Below are positions 27,556-45,277 of a stretch of 64,000 bases of DNA, one piece after another. Source of the stretch: Octopus sinensis. Its lineage: Eukaryota. The stretch spans positions 149,606,001 to 149,670,000 of the forward strand of contig NC_042997.1 of NCBI RefSeq assembly GCF_006345805.1. Direction: 5' to 3'. The first letter of the stretch is position 1. Every line of letters begins with the position of its first letter. Both the position numbers and the translations under genes were made by a program. The notes beneath the pieces are model-generated. The model was not told where the DNA came from. It did not search any database and saw only the letters and a program-made list of their open reading frames with translations.

Positions 27556-27975
27556 CGTAGAGTGGTTGCGTGGTAAGTAGCTTGCTTACGAACCACATGG
27601 TTCAGTCCCATTGCGTGGCATCTTGAGCAAGGGTCTTCTACTATAGCCTCAGGCCGACCAAAGCTTTGTGAGTGGATCTGGTAGACGGAAACTGAAAGAA
27701 GACCGTCGTATAAATGTAAATATATATTTATATATGTCTATGTATGTGTGAGTATATGATTGTGTGCCTGTGTTTGCCCCGCAAATATCACTTGGCAACC
27801 GATGCTAGTGTGTTTACGTCCCCGTAACTTACCAGTTCGGCAAAAAGAAACCAATAGAATAAGTACTAGGCTTAACAAGAATTAGTCCTGCGGTTGATTT
27901 GCTCGACTAAAGGCGGTGCTCCAGCATGGCCACAGTCACATAACTGAAAGAAGTAAAAGAGTAATAGAGTAAAAG
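27553..27975 (+). mobile_element. Complete tRNA-derived SINE family A with internal (TA/TG)n
   Basis: Head aggcgtagagtggttgcgtggtaag...ggttcagtccc, body, microsatellite and ggcggtgctccagcatggcc tail; at least seven other copies or fragments in the window. Probably one of the published octopus SINEs, but I cannot assign the name. Confidence 0.93.
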
Positions 27976-28074
27976 TTTATATATATATATTTATATATAT
28001 ATATATATGCTTTCGGTGAGAATGTTTTTTTTTATTCCGCTCCGTGTTTACAATCATGTAAATATTAATAATGG

Positions 28075-28292
28075 TATTTTTATATGAGCTCAAAGCTGAT
28101 GGCGATCACCATGCAATGACTAAGGAAACAGTCTAATAGAGGTGTATATAAGGCCTCGACAGTTAAAAGAAGGCTTGCCTATCTGCGCTGGATGAAACCT
28201 TTATTTTTTCTGTCTTATTTACCTTTTCATTAGACTATTTTCCTTAGTCATTGCTCGGTGATCGCTATAAGTGTTGAGCTTATATAAAAATA
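28075..28292. mobile_element. MITE/foldback element with about 60-bp imperfect terminal inverted repeats
   Basis: tatatgagctcaaagctgatggcgatcaccatgcaatgactaaggaaacagtctaat (about 28081-28137) is inverted at about 28229-28286. Confidence 0.8.
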
Positions 28293-28301
28293 ATACACAC
28301 A

Positions 28302-28368
<67 letters not shown>

Positions 28369-28721
28369 AGAATTTTTGCGGAATAAGCTAAAAGACCAAG
28401 GCTGTGTAGATATTAGACCATTTATAGATAGAATGTCTTACAGCTGTCTCTAGGATATTTATTAATTATATCCCTTCATCGGAGACGGTGTGAGAGGATG
28501 GTTAAGTCATAGTTAGTTTAGATGTGATACAAAATAGAGAGTGAGGCAGTGGAGAGAAAATAGACGTAATATATGGATATTGAAGTTGTAAATCCATTTT
28601 TAGGCATAATGTTATATATGCAACATTCCAATATCCTATGAGTAAAGTCAAAAAGTTCAACAGAGTTTAAAATGGGTCCTTCCATGCAAGGTTCCCGTAT
28701 ATATATATATTTATATATATA

Positions 28722-29225
28722 CGGGTGTTGGACTAAATTATGGAAACACTTAGCATCATAGCATCATAATTTTGAAATATCTATTAAACTGTCAAATGAT
28801 TATTTTGCTTAATATGTTTTGCTAAAATTGCTGTTTCTTTACAGATAACAACAGAAAAAGTTCATTAAAATTCATTAACATGAATGACAAATCTATCGGA
28901 CTTTCAAAGAGGTCAAACCTCTAGCGTAACGAAAACACCTGAAAGGTTTGGTGTATCAAGAAGTAGTGTCTCGAAAGTAATGACAGCTTTGGAGAAAACA
29001 TTCCTCATCGAAACAAAATTTAGGTCGAAACAAAACTTCGGAAGGATTGTAAAACATTCAGAGAAATGCCGCCAGACTCTCAGGTGAATTGTTAGAAGGG
29101 ATCACAAAATTACAGCTCCTAAAATTACTGTAAAGCTTAATGACCACCTCGAGTACACAGTTTCAACAAAGAGTGTTCGATGGGAGCTGCACAAGGCCGG
29201 ATTTCACGGGAGGGCTGTAATCAAT
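28722..29225 (+). mobile_element. Tc1-like DNA transposon, 5' portion (left end and DNA-binding domain)
   Basis: TA then cgggtgttggactaaattatggaaacac; MTNLSDFQRGQ...FGVSRSSVSKVMTA...IVRRDHKITAPKIT...VSTKSVRWELHKAGFHGR; catalytic domain absent. Confidence 0.85.
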
Positions 29226-29649
29226 AAATATACACGCGCACACATACACACCCATGCACATAAATACATACACAACAGATGTGAGTATACTATAGACCTG
29301 AAAAAGTTAGACGAATCAATTTAGATATAAAAAATGGGATCTACTCACAATGCGCAGTTCACTGATGTTGATGATACCTGCTTGTTATACTGTTTGCAGG
29401 AACTTTTTCCCGATTTCACCGGGGATTTATTTAGTGACGAAGCCTTGTGTACTTCCGCTAGTTACATTAAGTTATAAATCGAGAGAACGAGAAAGAAACT
29501 AGTCATAGTTTAGAATACAAACTTAAGGTTACGAACTTTTTCAGAGACATGTTTGAACCTCATATGAGGACTACATTACCCCTATCTTGAACTAGATAAG
29601 TCCAACGAAGAAAAACGGGGGAAGAGGACTTATAGTGAGAAACAATCTT

Positions 29650-29830
29650 AAGGAGTACATGGAATAAATAGGGGATACAATAAGGATGGAGCACTTGCAG
29701 AAAACAGCACTGCTTGGAACCGCTCAAATACTCTGGAAGGTGTTCGAAAAAGAAGAGGTGTTACCTTAGTTCCCTGGTAGTGAATAGCTGACATCATAGT
29801 ACATCTCCAGCTCTGCAAAGGCAATAATTT
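29650..29830 (+). mobile_element. 3' end of a diverged R4/Dong-like element
   Basis: MEHLQKTALLGTAQILWKVF (RLE C-terminus), short 3' UTR, then (TAA)n. Confidence 0.8.
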
Positions 29831-32899
<3,069 letters not shown>

Positions 32900-32952
<53 letters not shown>

Positions 32953-33005
32953 TAATAATAATAATAATAACAAAAATAATAATAATAATGATGATAATAA
33001 TAACA

Positions 33006-33041
<36 letters not shown>

Positions 33042-33045
33042 TTAT
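32900..33045 (+). repeat. (AAT)n microsatellite
   Basis: Seen directly. Confidence 0.97.
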
Positions 33046-33079
33046 AATGGGCTTGAAGGACTACTACATACTGTGAAAA

Positions 33080-33437
33080 CATTCAGTGATGGTAAATGGT
33101 CTTGATAAATGTTCCAATGACACTTTCCAGAAAGGGAAACTGGTGACCTCACTTTCAGTGGTGTTGCCTGTTGACGCAGTCATAAAAGAACTCAAGCAAG
33201 AACAAGATTACAAATACCTTGGAATAAATGAGGGTCTGGCATTCAACATGCAAGTATCAAAGAGAAGATCAGGAAGGAGTGTCACAGGAGAGTTCGAGTA
33301 GTCCTAAAATTCGAGTTAAATGCACGTAACAAGATGGTAGATATTTATTCCTTAGCAGTTCCGATTGCTATTTACAGCTTCAATGTATTAAACTGGAATA
33401 TGAGCGAAATAAGGAAGATTGACAGGAAAATACTTAA
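33080..33437 (+). mobile_element. Internal fragment of another R4/Dong-like element (end of RT and thumb)
   Basis: GLDKCS..FQKGKL...YKYLGINEG, ELNARNKM..YSLAVPIAIYSFNVLNW..EIRKIDRKI. Confidence 0.85.
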
Positions 33438-33533
33438 GCTTCGCTGGAATTTGAACTCAGAACGTAAGCACGGAAGAAATGCCGCTTAGAATTTTGCCCT
33501 GCATTCTAACGATTCTGCCACCTCGCTACCTTA
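33435..33533 (-). mobile_element. SINE family D head
   Basis: Minus strand taaggtagcgaggtggcagaatcgttag...gagttcaaattcc with A/B boxes. Confidence 0.7.
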
Positions 33534-34154
33534 TTAATACTAATGTTAATAATGTTAATAATTCTTAAAATAATACCAAAAATAATACTAATAATGTTAT
33601 CCATATTAGAAATAATAGTAATACGTGCATAAAAAAGTTATTGACGAAAAGGAAAATGAAGGTTGGTAATTGTACCAATATTAATACTGATGCAAATATA
33701 TCTGGTATTCGTATTTGCAATACCGACCTACTCTTTTGAATTTTAACAGTAATAATGACTGTTATGTTACCTTTGCAAACATTAATGTTCTTTATACGAA
33801 CGTAATAATAGCAGTGATTGTTATAATAAGACTAGTTGGCCACGTACCGTCAATAATGACGGCTAAATGTAGCATCATATATATGAATAAGGTGCAGAAT
33901 AAAGTACATGTTTATCAAACATACATGCACATAATTGTCTTGTACATGCATGCATATACACACATATAATCACACAAAATTGAAACGCAGATTTATTTTT
34001 TTCACCCCTTCCTTCCTTATTAATCTATCACCCCTTCCTTTCTCTGATTGCTATTACTTTTTTTCACTCCATCTGATTGAGGAATAATATTCTCACTACT
34101 TCTCCTTCACTGAATTACTATTTTCTCTCCTCCGCTTCCGGCGTTATTCTGGAC

Positions 34155-34249
<95 letters not shown>

Positions 34250-35139
34250 AATATATAAAAACACTACGCCCATTATTATATTAGGAGATTAACAACAAAA
34301 CAGTTAAGCATAGCGGTACTCCATAGTAACGTTTAAACATACAGATATAAATATAAACAAATTCAAAGTCTGCAGAATTCATGCTACGGTGACATAATCT
34401 TGGTTATTCCACTTTGATAGAGGAACATTATTATGACATTTCCTACAAAGTTATTAACCCATCCAGTAAATATTACCATATCTTTAATAAAAGTAAAGGT
34501 AGGAATTTCATTCTAAATTTTATCTCATTTCTAGAGCTTTATAGCCTGTGAAAATATGCGTGATATCCATCTAGCCTCGTCATCATACAATTAGTAAGAA
34601 GAAGAAGAAGCAGAACAACAACAACAACAACATCAACACTTATAAATGAATAAATCGAAGGAGAAAAACAACATTAATAATAATAATAACGATAATAATA
34701 AAAATAATGATTATTATTATAAGAATAATGACAAAGGTGTTGATAATAATATTGTTAATAATAATGATAGTGGTAGTGGTAGTGGTGGTGGTAGCAATAA
34801 GAATTATAATGATAATAATTGCAACCGTAGTAGTAACAGGGGAGTCGAATTTAGCGCTCGTTATACAGTGAGCCTCTAACTGTATTACCTCTATTTTTAG
34901 CAGCGATAGTATCAGCGTTGGCTATGGATACATAATCCTTAATCCTGATAATGACCCAACGAACCCAGATAACATTGATTCTAGTATACATGAAGATTCT
35001 GTAGTTCTTGACATTCAAAGTAACTGTTAAAACTTCCATGGCAAATAATAGGGCTATTATTACTAGTAATAAAGCAACTTTCTCTTACGTAACCCTGGAT
35101 AATTAGGGTAATTTTATCGCATCTAACAATAACATTGGA

Positions 35140-35587
<448 letters not shown>

Positions 35588-36826
35588 AAACTGTATTAAA
35601 TAACTTTGGAAGTACTAATGTCCTTAAATTCGCTACATTATGTAATTGTAAAAACAAATTTATATTCCCTCTAAATATGTTATGCCTAAAAAAATTATCT
35701 ATAGATGGGATGTAATAAATAAGGTAACTACTATTGTCTACATCGGTTCTACACTTCATGCAACTTTGATATTTCCAATAAGGAATAAAGATAAGGTTAC
35801 ATCATTTTTGCAAAATTATAAGAACGGGAATTAAAAGACGAGATAAAATACAAAAAAAAAGTTTCCGAACTGCATGGAACATAATAATATGCACATTAAC
35901 CCGTTCGAATGATTGGTTTGTAGGTTCTATTTGCTGGGTTTCTTTGTGGGAAATATATAAATGTTCAGACAACATCCTTAGCAAGTTTTATTAATTTAGA
36001 GCGAAATTCTAGCGAGACATTTGAAATATATTTTCAAACTTTAAACCAGTTATGCAATAGGTTTTGAATATTACTATTCATCTTTAACGTCTTAGTTTGT
36101 GTTTAACCATACATTTTAACGAAGTTCAGTATACTCGACTCATTTAAACATTATTAAAATATTTAAATAGCTTTTATATGCTATTTAAATGATAAGTCAC
36201 ATTATGCCAACGGCTCCCTACGTGTGCGCGACTGTATATATTTGTATGTGTATGTATATGAATGTATGAATGTGTTTATATGTAAATATATTTATGTAAA
36301 TGTACTTATGTATATATATGTATATACATGTGAGTATGTACGTCTGTGTATGTGTGCTTGTTTGTGTATGTGCGTGCGTATGCGCGTGCGAGTATCTAGG
36401 AGTGTGAATATGAATACGTATATACCTATGTTTTTTCTGATTAAATGAACAGGGCAATAAGATAGATGACTGTTGTTTTGTGGCTTTCTGCTGTCTTGAG
36501 GTTTGTTTTCTTTGTCTCAAGAAATAAAATCAACTCATGGCTACAGCATGTCTGTGATACTTGTACGTTCTCGAAGCAAATATTAGCTATTAAATTATTT
36601 AGATAGGTGTCTTGAATTAATATTTGATCCCATTCCTTATAGCATGCTCATTAAAAACACTCCTAATATCTCCACAAATTCGAATGTTATTTTCAAAATA
36701 TACCTCGTCGATCAATATTAGTTGGATGCATCACAACCGATGTATTATCACACCTGGTTTTTACCTGTTTAAAATTTTACAGAGATCTTGAATTATATGT
36801 TATGATTTAATCTATGAATGCATCAT

Positions 36827-36907
<81 letters not shown>

Positions 36908-39014
36908 CATTTGTGTGTATGTGTGAGAGAGAGAGAGAGTGTGTGTGTGTGTGTGTGCTTGCGCACGTGTATGTAGTGCACGGATGCAAAGTTTGCAACT
37001 GCAGTTCCGATAGAAGAAAAATGAGAATAAAAATCCTGGCAGATATCAATAAAACACTCAGTATTAGAAGAATTTGGTTAAATGTTCAACAGTCAAATAC
37101 CACTAAATGTAAGTGGAATACAAACTCCCTGTAAATCCTCATGTATGACAGGTAAATCCAGCTATATATATACTACTCCATATTCATCCACTTAAATATT
37201 GATTAACGTACGCAATCCTCTTTCAAGTGTTACGTAATGTTTTCAATTTCCTTCACATCTTGACAGAATAAAAGAATGCCAAACGTAAAAGTATGCTACA
37301 GTCTCCCCACACTGAAAGTTCTAAGTGAACATATTTCCTTATTGGAATAAGGTACTTTCCGATGACGCCACCAGCAAAGAGCATATTGTACGCAAGGAAA
37401 ATATTTTCTGGTAAAACATGTATACCCGTGGTTCTAACTCCGTTAGAGAGTAAATATGTAAAGAAAACACTCATTTTATTATGTCAGTGAATTGAAGGGG
37501 AACTGAATTAAAAATTAAAACTTCCAGCATACTAATTGTAGAATTGTAATGTATAGAGGAGCATCTATATTTGTTTAGTATGAAAATTCTTGGTAATGTG
37601 TCGAAATGAAAATGTGTTTACAACATGTGGTAGTATATTCTTCTTAATTTTCAAAGAAGCCAAACAAAACCGACCGAAATTGCAGTAACTGTAGTATGCA
37701 GCCTAATTTTACTAATGGAAGAAATATTAAGAAGCAGCTGTCTGGACATGATGGTAAAATGCAAGTCATTAACCATTCTAGTATTTTCTTTCTCATAGAA
37801 TTATTTTAAGGTAGCCTATTAAATATCAGTACCGGGAAGTTTGAATATCTTACATTATGGTCAGCTTCGCTTTTGATCGTACCTATATCGATAAATACTT
37901 TAATAAGTGATGGACAAATTAGATCATTGAGCACGAACATCACCCGTGATATTTCTTCTCATACTTTGAGCCTCTAGTTGAAACCCTACCTTGACCTACA
38001 TATGTAGTGAACATTAGATCGCCTACTCAGTTTGACATCAATGTCAAGACATTTCATGATTTTAGTGAAGGCCGATCATTTATCAAAACCTGTTCACATA
38101 TTTAGTTCGAGTATAACTTCCTGCTTCCCTAACAAAGATATAGGCAGCCCTGTAAAGATTCATAGAATGTCAGCTTTCTTTGACAAAAACTGATTAAATA
38201 TGCTCACATTTGCTTCATTGATTTTCCCCAGCCTGAGGGAGTCTCAGAATTCTGTATGTCTGTTTTCTTAACGAATGAACAATTTGTGCATTTATTTGCT
38301 GATATTCCCTAGCCTACTAAAGCAAGTTCCTCGCCGATAATTTATTCATGGTGAAATCCGTACATGAACCAACTCTCTCCGGGATGATTTCCTATTCATT
38401 TTGGAATTGGAAAAACAACATTAATCACTGAAATATTGCATTTCCTTGTCATCACTATGATAACCTACTCAGTTTTATACTCTTTGAATTAAATATATCA
38501 AGACTAACTGTAGAAATATAACTCTAGTTTTATTCCCAATAATTAAACGTTTCGAATGCTTTACATATAGTTGTGTGTTTGCGTGTTAATTGATAAATTA
38601 CGAACATGTGACTGTTTAATGATTTCAATTAGACTTGATTCATATTTCCGTAAGAGACACTTGCATGTTATTTTGAAAAACATAGTTCATAAATTTCGCC
38701 ATTAAATTCAAAACTACAAGAGAGATAGCCGGGAAACAAATAGTAATATCTAAGAAACATTAGGAAGCTTCAACAACATTGTGATTTTAATTTTAAATAT
38801 CAATAACGGAAGTTGTCTACCATATCTACAAAGGTATCTCTGTGTGTTTGTGTGTGTGTGTTGATACAAATGCATATCATATGCACCTTATGTACCTAAG
38901 TTTTGTGACAATTTTTAAAGTTCTTATTTGTTATCGTTGTTAATTGAAACGAATTCAGTTTCACTGTTTCATATATTCATAGGAACGTAAGGCAACTTCA
39001 AATATAACTTATAT

Positions 39015-39170
39015 AAGGCGGCGAGCTAAACTAATCCTTAACACTTTGCTAAGTAATCTGTTTCCCGCAAATGCTCAGAGATATTTCTTCTAGTTTTGCG
39101 TTCAGAATTCCAGCAAAGTCAATTTCGTTGTCGATAAAACCAGTACAAGATAAGGCCTAGAGTAGATGTA
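39015..39170 (+). mobile_element. Decayed SINE family D
   Basis: aaggcggcgagct...gcgttcagaattccagcaaagtcaattt is similar to the other family D heads. Confidence 0.55.
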
Positions 39171-39339
39171 ATTGATAAATCCCATCCGCCAAAATGCAGT
39201 ACTTGTACCTGCTCTAGAAAAATTATATACCACATGTGTGTAGTATACATGTATATAAACGCACGCACACACACACATATACACTCATTCACACATGCAC
39301 TCACACATACGTCGTGCTTCTCTCGGCCTCCATCTACAA

Positions 39340-39465
39340 AATCCACTTACAAGGCTTTAATCGGTGCAGAAAAGAAGACACTTACCTGAGATGTTATGGA
39401 GTAAGACTGATTCGCAGAATCATATGGTTGGAAAGCAATATTTCTATCACATTGCCATGCGGTAG
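39340..39465 (-). mobile_element. Decayed SINE family A head
   Basis: ctacaaaatccacttacaaggcttt...agaagacactt...catatggttggaaagc. Confidence 0.65.
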
Positions 39466-39777
39466 TTATTTATCTAAATAATGTGGAAGAATTGACGCCC
39501 GAATTATTCACGAAGACGTTGGTACAATAATCTCAATGCAAATATATTTATAGCATTACTGATATCCTAATTCAAATAACACAAGTATTTCGTCCGAAAA
39601 TTATAGCATATTAACTACGAACTATAGCACATTAATAGAACTATTACAAATAGGAAAACGATTGTAGTATCCATTAAATAAATAAGAAGTATATGATTAT
39701 TTTATGATAAGAATAATAGGTATAAGTATTTGCGTGGGCAAGATGCCTCGTGAATATAATTCACGTAATATATATAT

Positions 39778-39883
<106 letters not shown>

Positions 39884-40810
39884 AAATACATGTACATGCA
39901 TACACACATACCACTCATATGTATGTTGTGTTTCTCTTTATATTCCTATTTATTCAGGAACTAACGGCAGATTAGTATTGCATTCAGTGTAATGAACTTG
40001 GTAAATGTTTAAACAGTTCTTGTGCTTTTTTATGTCTAAGTATTGCACAAAATATAAAGTTTAAAAATTTAAATGACAAAATATAATGTCTGGTTGGTCA
40101 TATTTTAATCTGTAAAATAAATTACATGTTGTTATAATTTAAAACTTAAATGGGAAATGAGAAAGGAGAACGAAGTATAACGTTATGTGTACAATATATT
40201 ATGTCAATTGCAAAAACTTGCGAGAGAGTAAACTTATTAAATATTTCAGCCATGAAATAGAATATGAATACTTCTAAATTGTATTTTCCTGAAATATTAT
40301 AGTAATTTTTTTTGTTCCGTATTGTTTTAAACGCATCTTTATATATGTATAGTCATAGCTGTGCATGTGTGTCTGTTATAATTGGTTACATCTGTACACG
40401 AAAGACGATTTTAAAAAGTCTATGTGTGCGTGCGTTTGTACATATGTGTACGTACGTATATATGTATGCGTGTTCGGTGCCGTGTAAGTTTCTACAGAAA
40501 CAGATTAAGTAACCATTTTTACGTGGTTATAATTCTAAATACAGTGCTCGTCTACTATCAGTGATACATAACGATGCCAAGTTATTATCTTATGTTTAAC
40601 GACAGACATCTGTAGTGCTGGCCAGGGACCGATGCGAGGTACTATCAGTTGGATCTCGCTTGAATCACAGTTCAGATCAAGTCGAGCTCTTAAATCCGAA
40701 AGCAATGATTAGAATGAAACACAGAAACACAAACCGTATAAATATATATATATGTATATATAAATATGTATAGATGTATACGTATATGCATATATATATA
40801 TGTGTGTGTG

Positions 40811-40848
<38 letters not shown>

Positions 40849-40891
40849 TTTGTGTGTGTGTGTGTGTACATATATATATATATATATATAT

Positions 40892-41640
40892 TGTAGTTTT
40901 AGCTCAGAGCTGTGGCTATGATGGAGCATCGCCATTTTGCTACACTGTTATTACTGAGAGCCTTCTCTAATATGTGGAACTTGGTGAAGAATGATGTTAG
41001 ATGTCGCTACCCTCATTTGCACCACTTGCCGTGAGATAGGTTCATCTGGGACTCTCGACAGAAAGAGGTCCAGCCTTGATTTGAAATTGCCTCCTTCCAC
41101 TCTGTGCAGGTTCCTGAGGCTCTTAGGGAGAATATTAAAAAGTTGTGGGCCCCTGAATCCTAGGCTGTTGTAGTAACAGGTCTTGAAGCGCAATGGCATT
41201 GCTGGGATCTGTGGCACTGTGCAGTGTCGACCCGTTCTGGCATTGGTGTAGCTTTCAATGCCAAAATGTGGCACATTTCCTTCCAGGATCTTCCAGATTT
41301 ATATTACTGCATACATCTCCCACCTTGGCTCCATTGAGTAGAGTCTTAGCTGTTTCAGCCTTTCCCAGTGGATGAGATGTTGCGTTTAGACGATTTTCCT
41401 TGTGAAGATTCGCTGGGTTATTTCAAGGTCTCCTGTTAATTTTACACTGCTAGGTAACCATAGCTAGGAGCAGTAATCCAGGCGGCTGTGGACGAATATC
41501 CTCCAGAGGACCATCATGGCTTGCTTTTCTCTGGTTTTGAATGTTCTCAGGATCCATGCAGCCAGTCGTCTGCCCTTTGTCACCATCCTGGTAATGTGTA
41601 CTTGGGAAGACGTATTATCATTCATGTCGATACCCATATA
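40892..41640 (-). mobile_element. 3' fragment of the same CR1/L2-group LINE family as 8522-10885
   Basis: WILRTFKTREKQAMMVLWRIFVHSRLDYCS, PHFGIESYTNARTGRHC, LGFRGPQLFNILP...PDEP, with the same terminal tail. Confidence 0.92.
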
Positions 41641-42270
41641 TATTAGAAAAAGAAAAAAAGTATACAGAGAAACTGACATATAGACATGTATTTATTAGAA
41701 CGTAATACAATTCTGAACATTATCAAACTCAATCTCACCCACAATGGCTTCCATGCCCAGATAAATCAAATTGAGAAATTAAATTAAATTAAATTAAATC
41801 AAATTAATTTTCTCATACATAAAACATAAACAAATACTATACATACACCCATGAATGCAAAGCTACCATCTTTGGTTTTTCACTAATACACTGGATAAAA
41901 CTGAAGAAGTTGGATGCTGAAACCCCTTTAAGAGGATTTATATCCTTGATTTAGTTATATATATATATATAAGAAAGTTTGAAAATGCAATTTTAAAGAT
42001 GTTTATTCACATGATTGGTTTCACGTTTTCAGAAAAAGATCGTCAAAAGTAAAATGTAAGGCTTTGCATGAGCTTTTTTGTATTAAGTACCGGTTATCAC
42101 AAAAAGTATTCAAATACAGATATACATAATAAGACAATGTCAAAAACACTTTACAAGAAAGTATTTAAGAAAGTAATTAGAAAATAATTAGAAAGTAATT
42201 AGACTCCAAAAAGTATTTTGAGTTCAATAAAAATAATGTTTGTTCGGTAGTATACACACACACACACACA

Positions 42271-42362
<92 letters not shown>

Positions 42363-42961
42363 GGAGATATATTTAAGAATTTACCAAAAATTGTAGAGAA
42401 ATAACTAACATATCCTTCTGACATTTTCTCTAATGTGCCGCTAAAGAACGTTTGCTATTTTCTGGTGAAGAATCAAGATTGTTCGTATATTAAGCAAATT
42501 TGGGGATACTTGAATATCCCCAAATATTTGAAATTTCGCAAATGGAATTGAACATTGCTCGATATATCACACATCAGAGGTCATATTGTATTTATAATCG
42601 AACGAATCACCGTTTTGAGTGACGGATATGTTGACAACGTATTAAGAATAAATAAAGTGATGCTGAACGGCTTTTATCTTCGTTGCAACTACCATAGCTC
42701 ATAAGCTTTTCGAGTTGGAACTAGCTGCAAGACACCACATGAGACCAGATAGCAATCAAAATGTTCTATACTCTAATGATGACAAACCGGTTGAAACTTG
42801 GAACTTATCTTCATATATATTAACTATAAAATAATGATTCGATTGTTCACTCAATTTCATAGAACAAGTTTCAATATATATTCTCATGTAAAAAAATACA
42901 TTAATATATTCTACAGAAAGAGCGCAGTCGAGGTGGCCATATGCTAGTATATGCTGAATTG

Positions 42962-43029
<68 letters not shown>

Positions 43030-43454
43030 AAACGGCGCAGTATGAATAATATAATACAATTGTTCATAAACGAATGAAAATTCAAATATATCATTCCTGT
43101 GTAATTTTTATATGATAAATACAGTATAAAAAGTCTCTTCAAATATTCACGAAGTGTCTGGAAGGAAGACTCTGTAATCAATTATACTTAATGAAAACAA
43201 TAGAATAGGAACTGTTGAGAAAAACATATAGAGAGAATGAAAAACACAGAAACTGAATGAAGGAGTGTAGGCAGTAAAACGTTAATAACCGCTATCACGC
43301 AGCATAACGTTGTATCACACAGTAAAATACAATCGAATCTTGACACTGAAATCTTCAACAAAATGAAGGAACTTGGAAAGATATATATTGAACCTGGAAT
43401 TTTTATGCATTTTTTAAAGATGGTGGACTTTTTTTCCTGTTATAAATATTTAAA

Positions 43455-44341
43455 TTGGGGTCCGTTAAATGGTTATTACTACTTAGTAGTAGTTGACAGT
43501 TTTACAAAATGGCCGGAAATTTTTAAGTGCAAAAGACCAACCTCCTAAACAGTGATAAATATTTTGCATGAATTATTCCCAAGATTTGGCATCCCAGATG
43601 TGATTGTATCTGATAATGGAACACAATTTGTGTCCAGTGAATTCAGATTATTCTGCGAAATGGTCACGGGAGGCAGTAGAATGACAGCGCCTTATCATCC
43701 CTGATCAAATTGAAAGGCAGAGCATTTTGTGGACACATTTAAAAAAGCTTTCAGATAAGTAAACAAGGTCACAGCAATTCCTACGGTCATACATGGTGAT
43801 ACCAAACCCCAATACACCAGCAGGACGCTCATCAGCAGAACTAATGTTGTCAAGGAAGGTGAAATCAGTCGTTGATAAAGCGTTACCTGACGAGGAAAAA
43901 AAAAAGTACTTGGAAAGACATCCCCAAAGATTTCAAACTTGGTGATAAGGTGTACATGAGATTGTATGAAAACTAAAAACAGTACTGGGAAGAAGTAAAA
44001 TAACAAAGTATATAAGGAAAATGATGTACGGAATTAAAAGCAGAAAAAGTATTGAAAGAAGACACAGAAGCCAGTTAAAGAAGAGATTGTACTAGAAAAT
44101 GAAGCAGACAGATTAGAAGAACCTATAAAATGAATGTATGACACATGGCAGGTACCAACACCGTTACAGGTGGTTGAAGCTACGCGTATAAGTGGACGAA
44201 AAAGGAAGAACAAAGGGTTCCTAAAAAGAGACGCCAAAGAGAAACAGATTAATTTAGAAAAGAAACGCAAAAAGGGAGGAGGAGTGAATAAAGTAAAATA
44301 AATCTACTTGCTTCCCAAAGATAAAACACTAAAAGGGAAGA
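43455..44341 (+). mobile_element. Gypsy/Ty3 LTR retrotransposon integrase pseudogene and polypurine tract
   Basis: GPLNGYYYLVVVDSFTKWPE, RFGIPDVIVSDNGTQF, TAPYHP*SN*KAEHFVDTFK (D-D-E core, several stops); PPT aaaagggaaga at 44331-44341. Confidence 0.92.
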
Positions 44342-44587
44342 TGTCGTAGTGAAAATAGTATTCCCCTTGACACGCGACAAAGTGGTATGAGTAGCCACTA
44401 TTAAAGTCAGACCGTCAGTAGTGAGTCGTTGTACGAGTTCTCAGATGGAGTCAGTGCCAGTTAGGTGATATATACGAGTTCGAGTTACCGTCAAGGTAGA
44501 CTTTTCAAAGTTATCGTCTTGCAGAGCTATCAGCAATAGCACGAAAGACGAGTCAAAGATAATAAGACGCAGAATACCGCCACAACA
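44342..44587 (+). mobile_element. Putative LTR (TG...CA, 246 bp)
   Basis: Starts TGTCG immediately after the PPT and ends CCACAACA; no second copy in the window, so the right end is inferred. Confidence 0.6.
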
Positions 44588-44790
44588 TAATAGTAGCGAC
44601 AAGAATATTACAGTGCCGACAAGAACGTACGATGTGGACGAGGATCCACATTATAGAACACACACACACATATGTGTATATGTATGTATGTACATGGGTA
44701 TATATAAATATGTGTGTGTATGTTTATATGTATATGTATACACACACACTTACATACACACACACATATATAGATGTATATATATATATG

Positions 44791-44878
<88 letters not shown>

Positions 44879-44939
44879 TGTATGTATGTATGTATGTATA
44901 TGGACCGCAAAAATCTAAAAGTTTGTATCATTCTCTCTG

Positions 44940-45065
44940 TTTATTTTTCTCTTATTCGTTTTTGTTGAAGAACGCAGTCTCGAAACGGTCCCGACCGTCA
45001 AACTAATACACTTGCTAGTTGTTCATACACCTGTTTTCGTCTTTTGTTTTTCTATAAATTTCAAC
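44940..45065 (+). mobile_element. Probable PLE terminal-repeat remnant
   Basis: ttgaagaacgcagtctcgaaacg (degenerate hammerhead-like core) followed by a pyrimidine-rich tail, between TA arrays. Confidence 0.4.
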
Positions 45066-45106
45066 TATATATATATGTTTGTTGTGTGTGTGTGTGTACG
45101 TATGTA

Positions 45107-45199
<93 letters not shown>

Positions 45200-45206
45200 C
45201 ATATAT

Positions 45207-45277
<71 letters not shown>

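Noticed and set aside
29400-29478. Acceptor-like tgtttgcAG followed by ELFPDFTGDLFSDEALC
   Set aside because: No convincing donor before the stop codon and no homology evidence.
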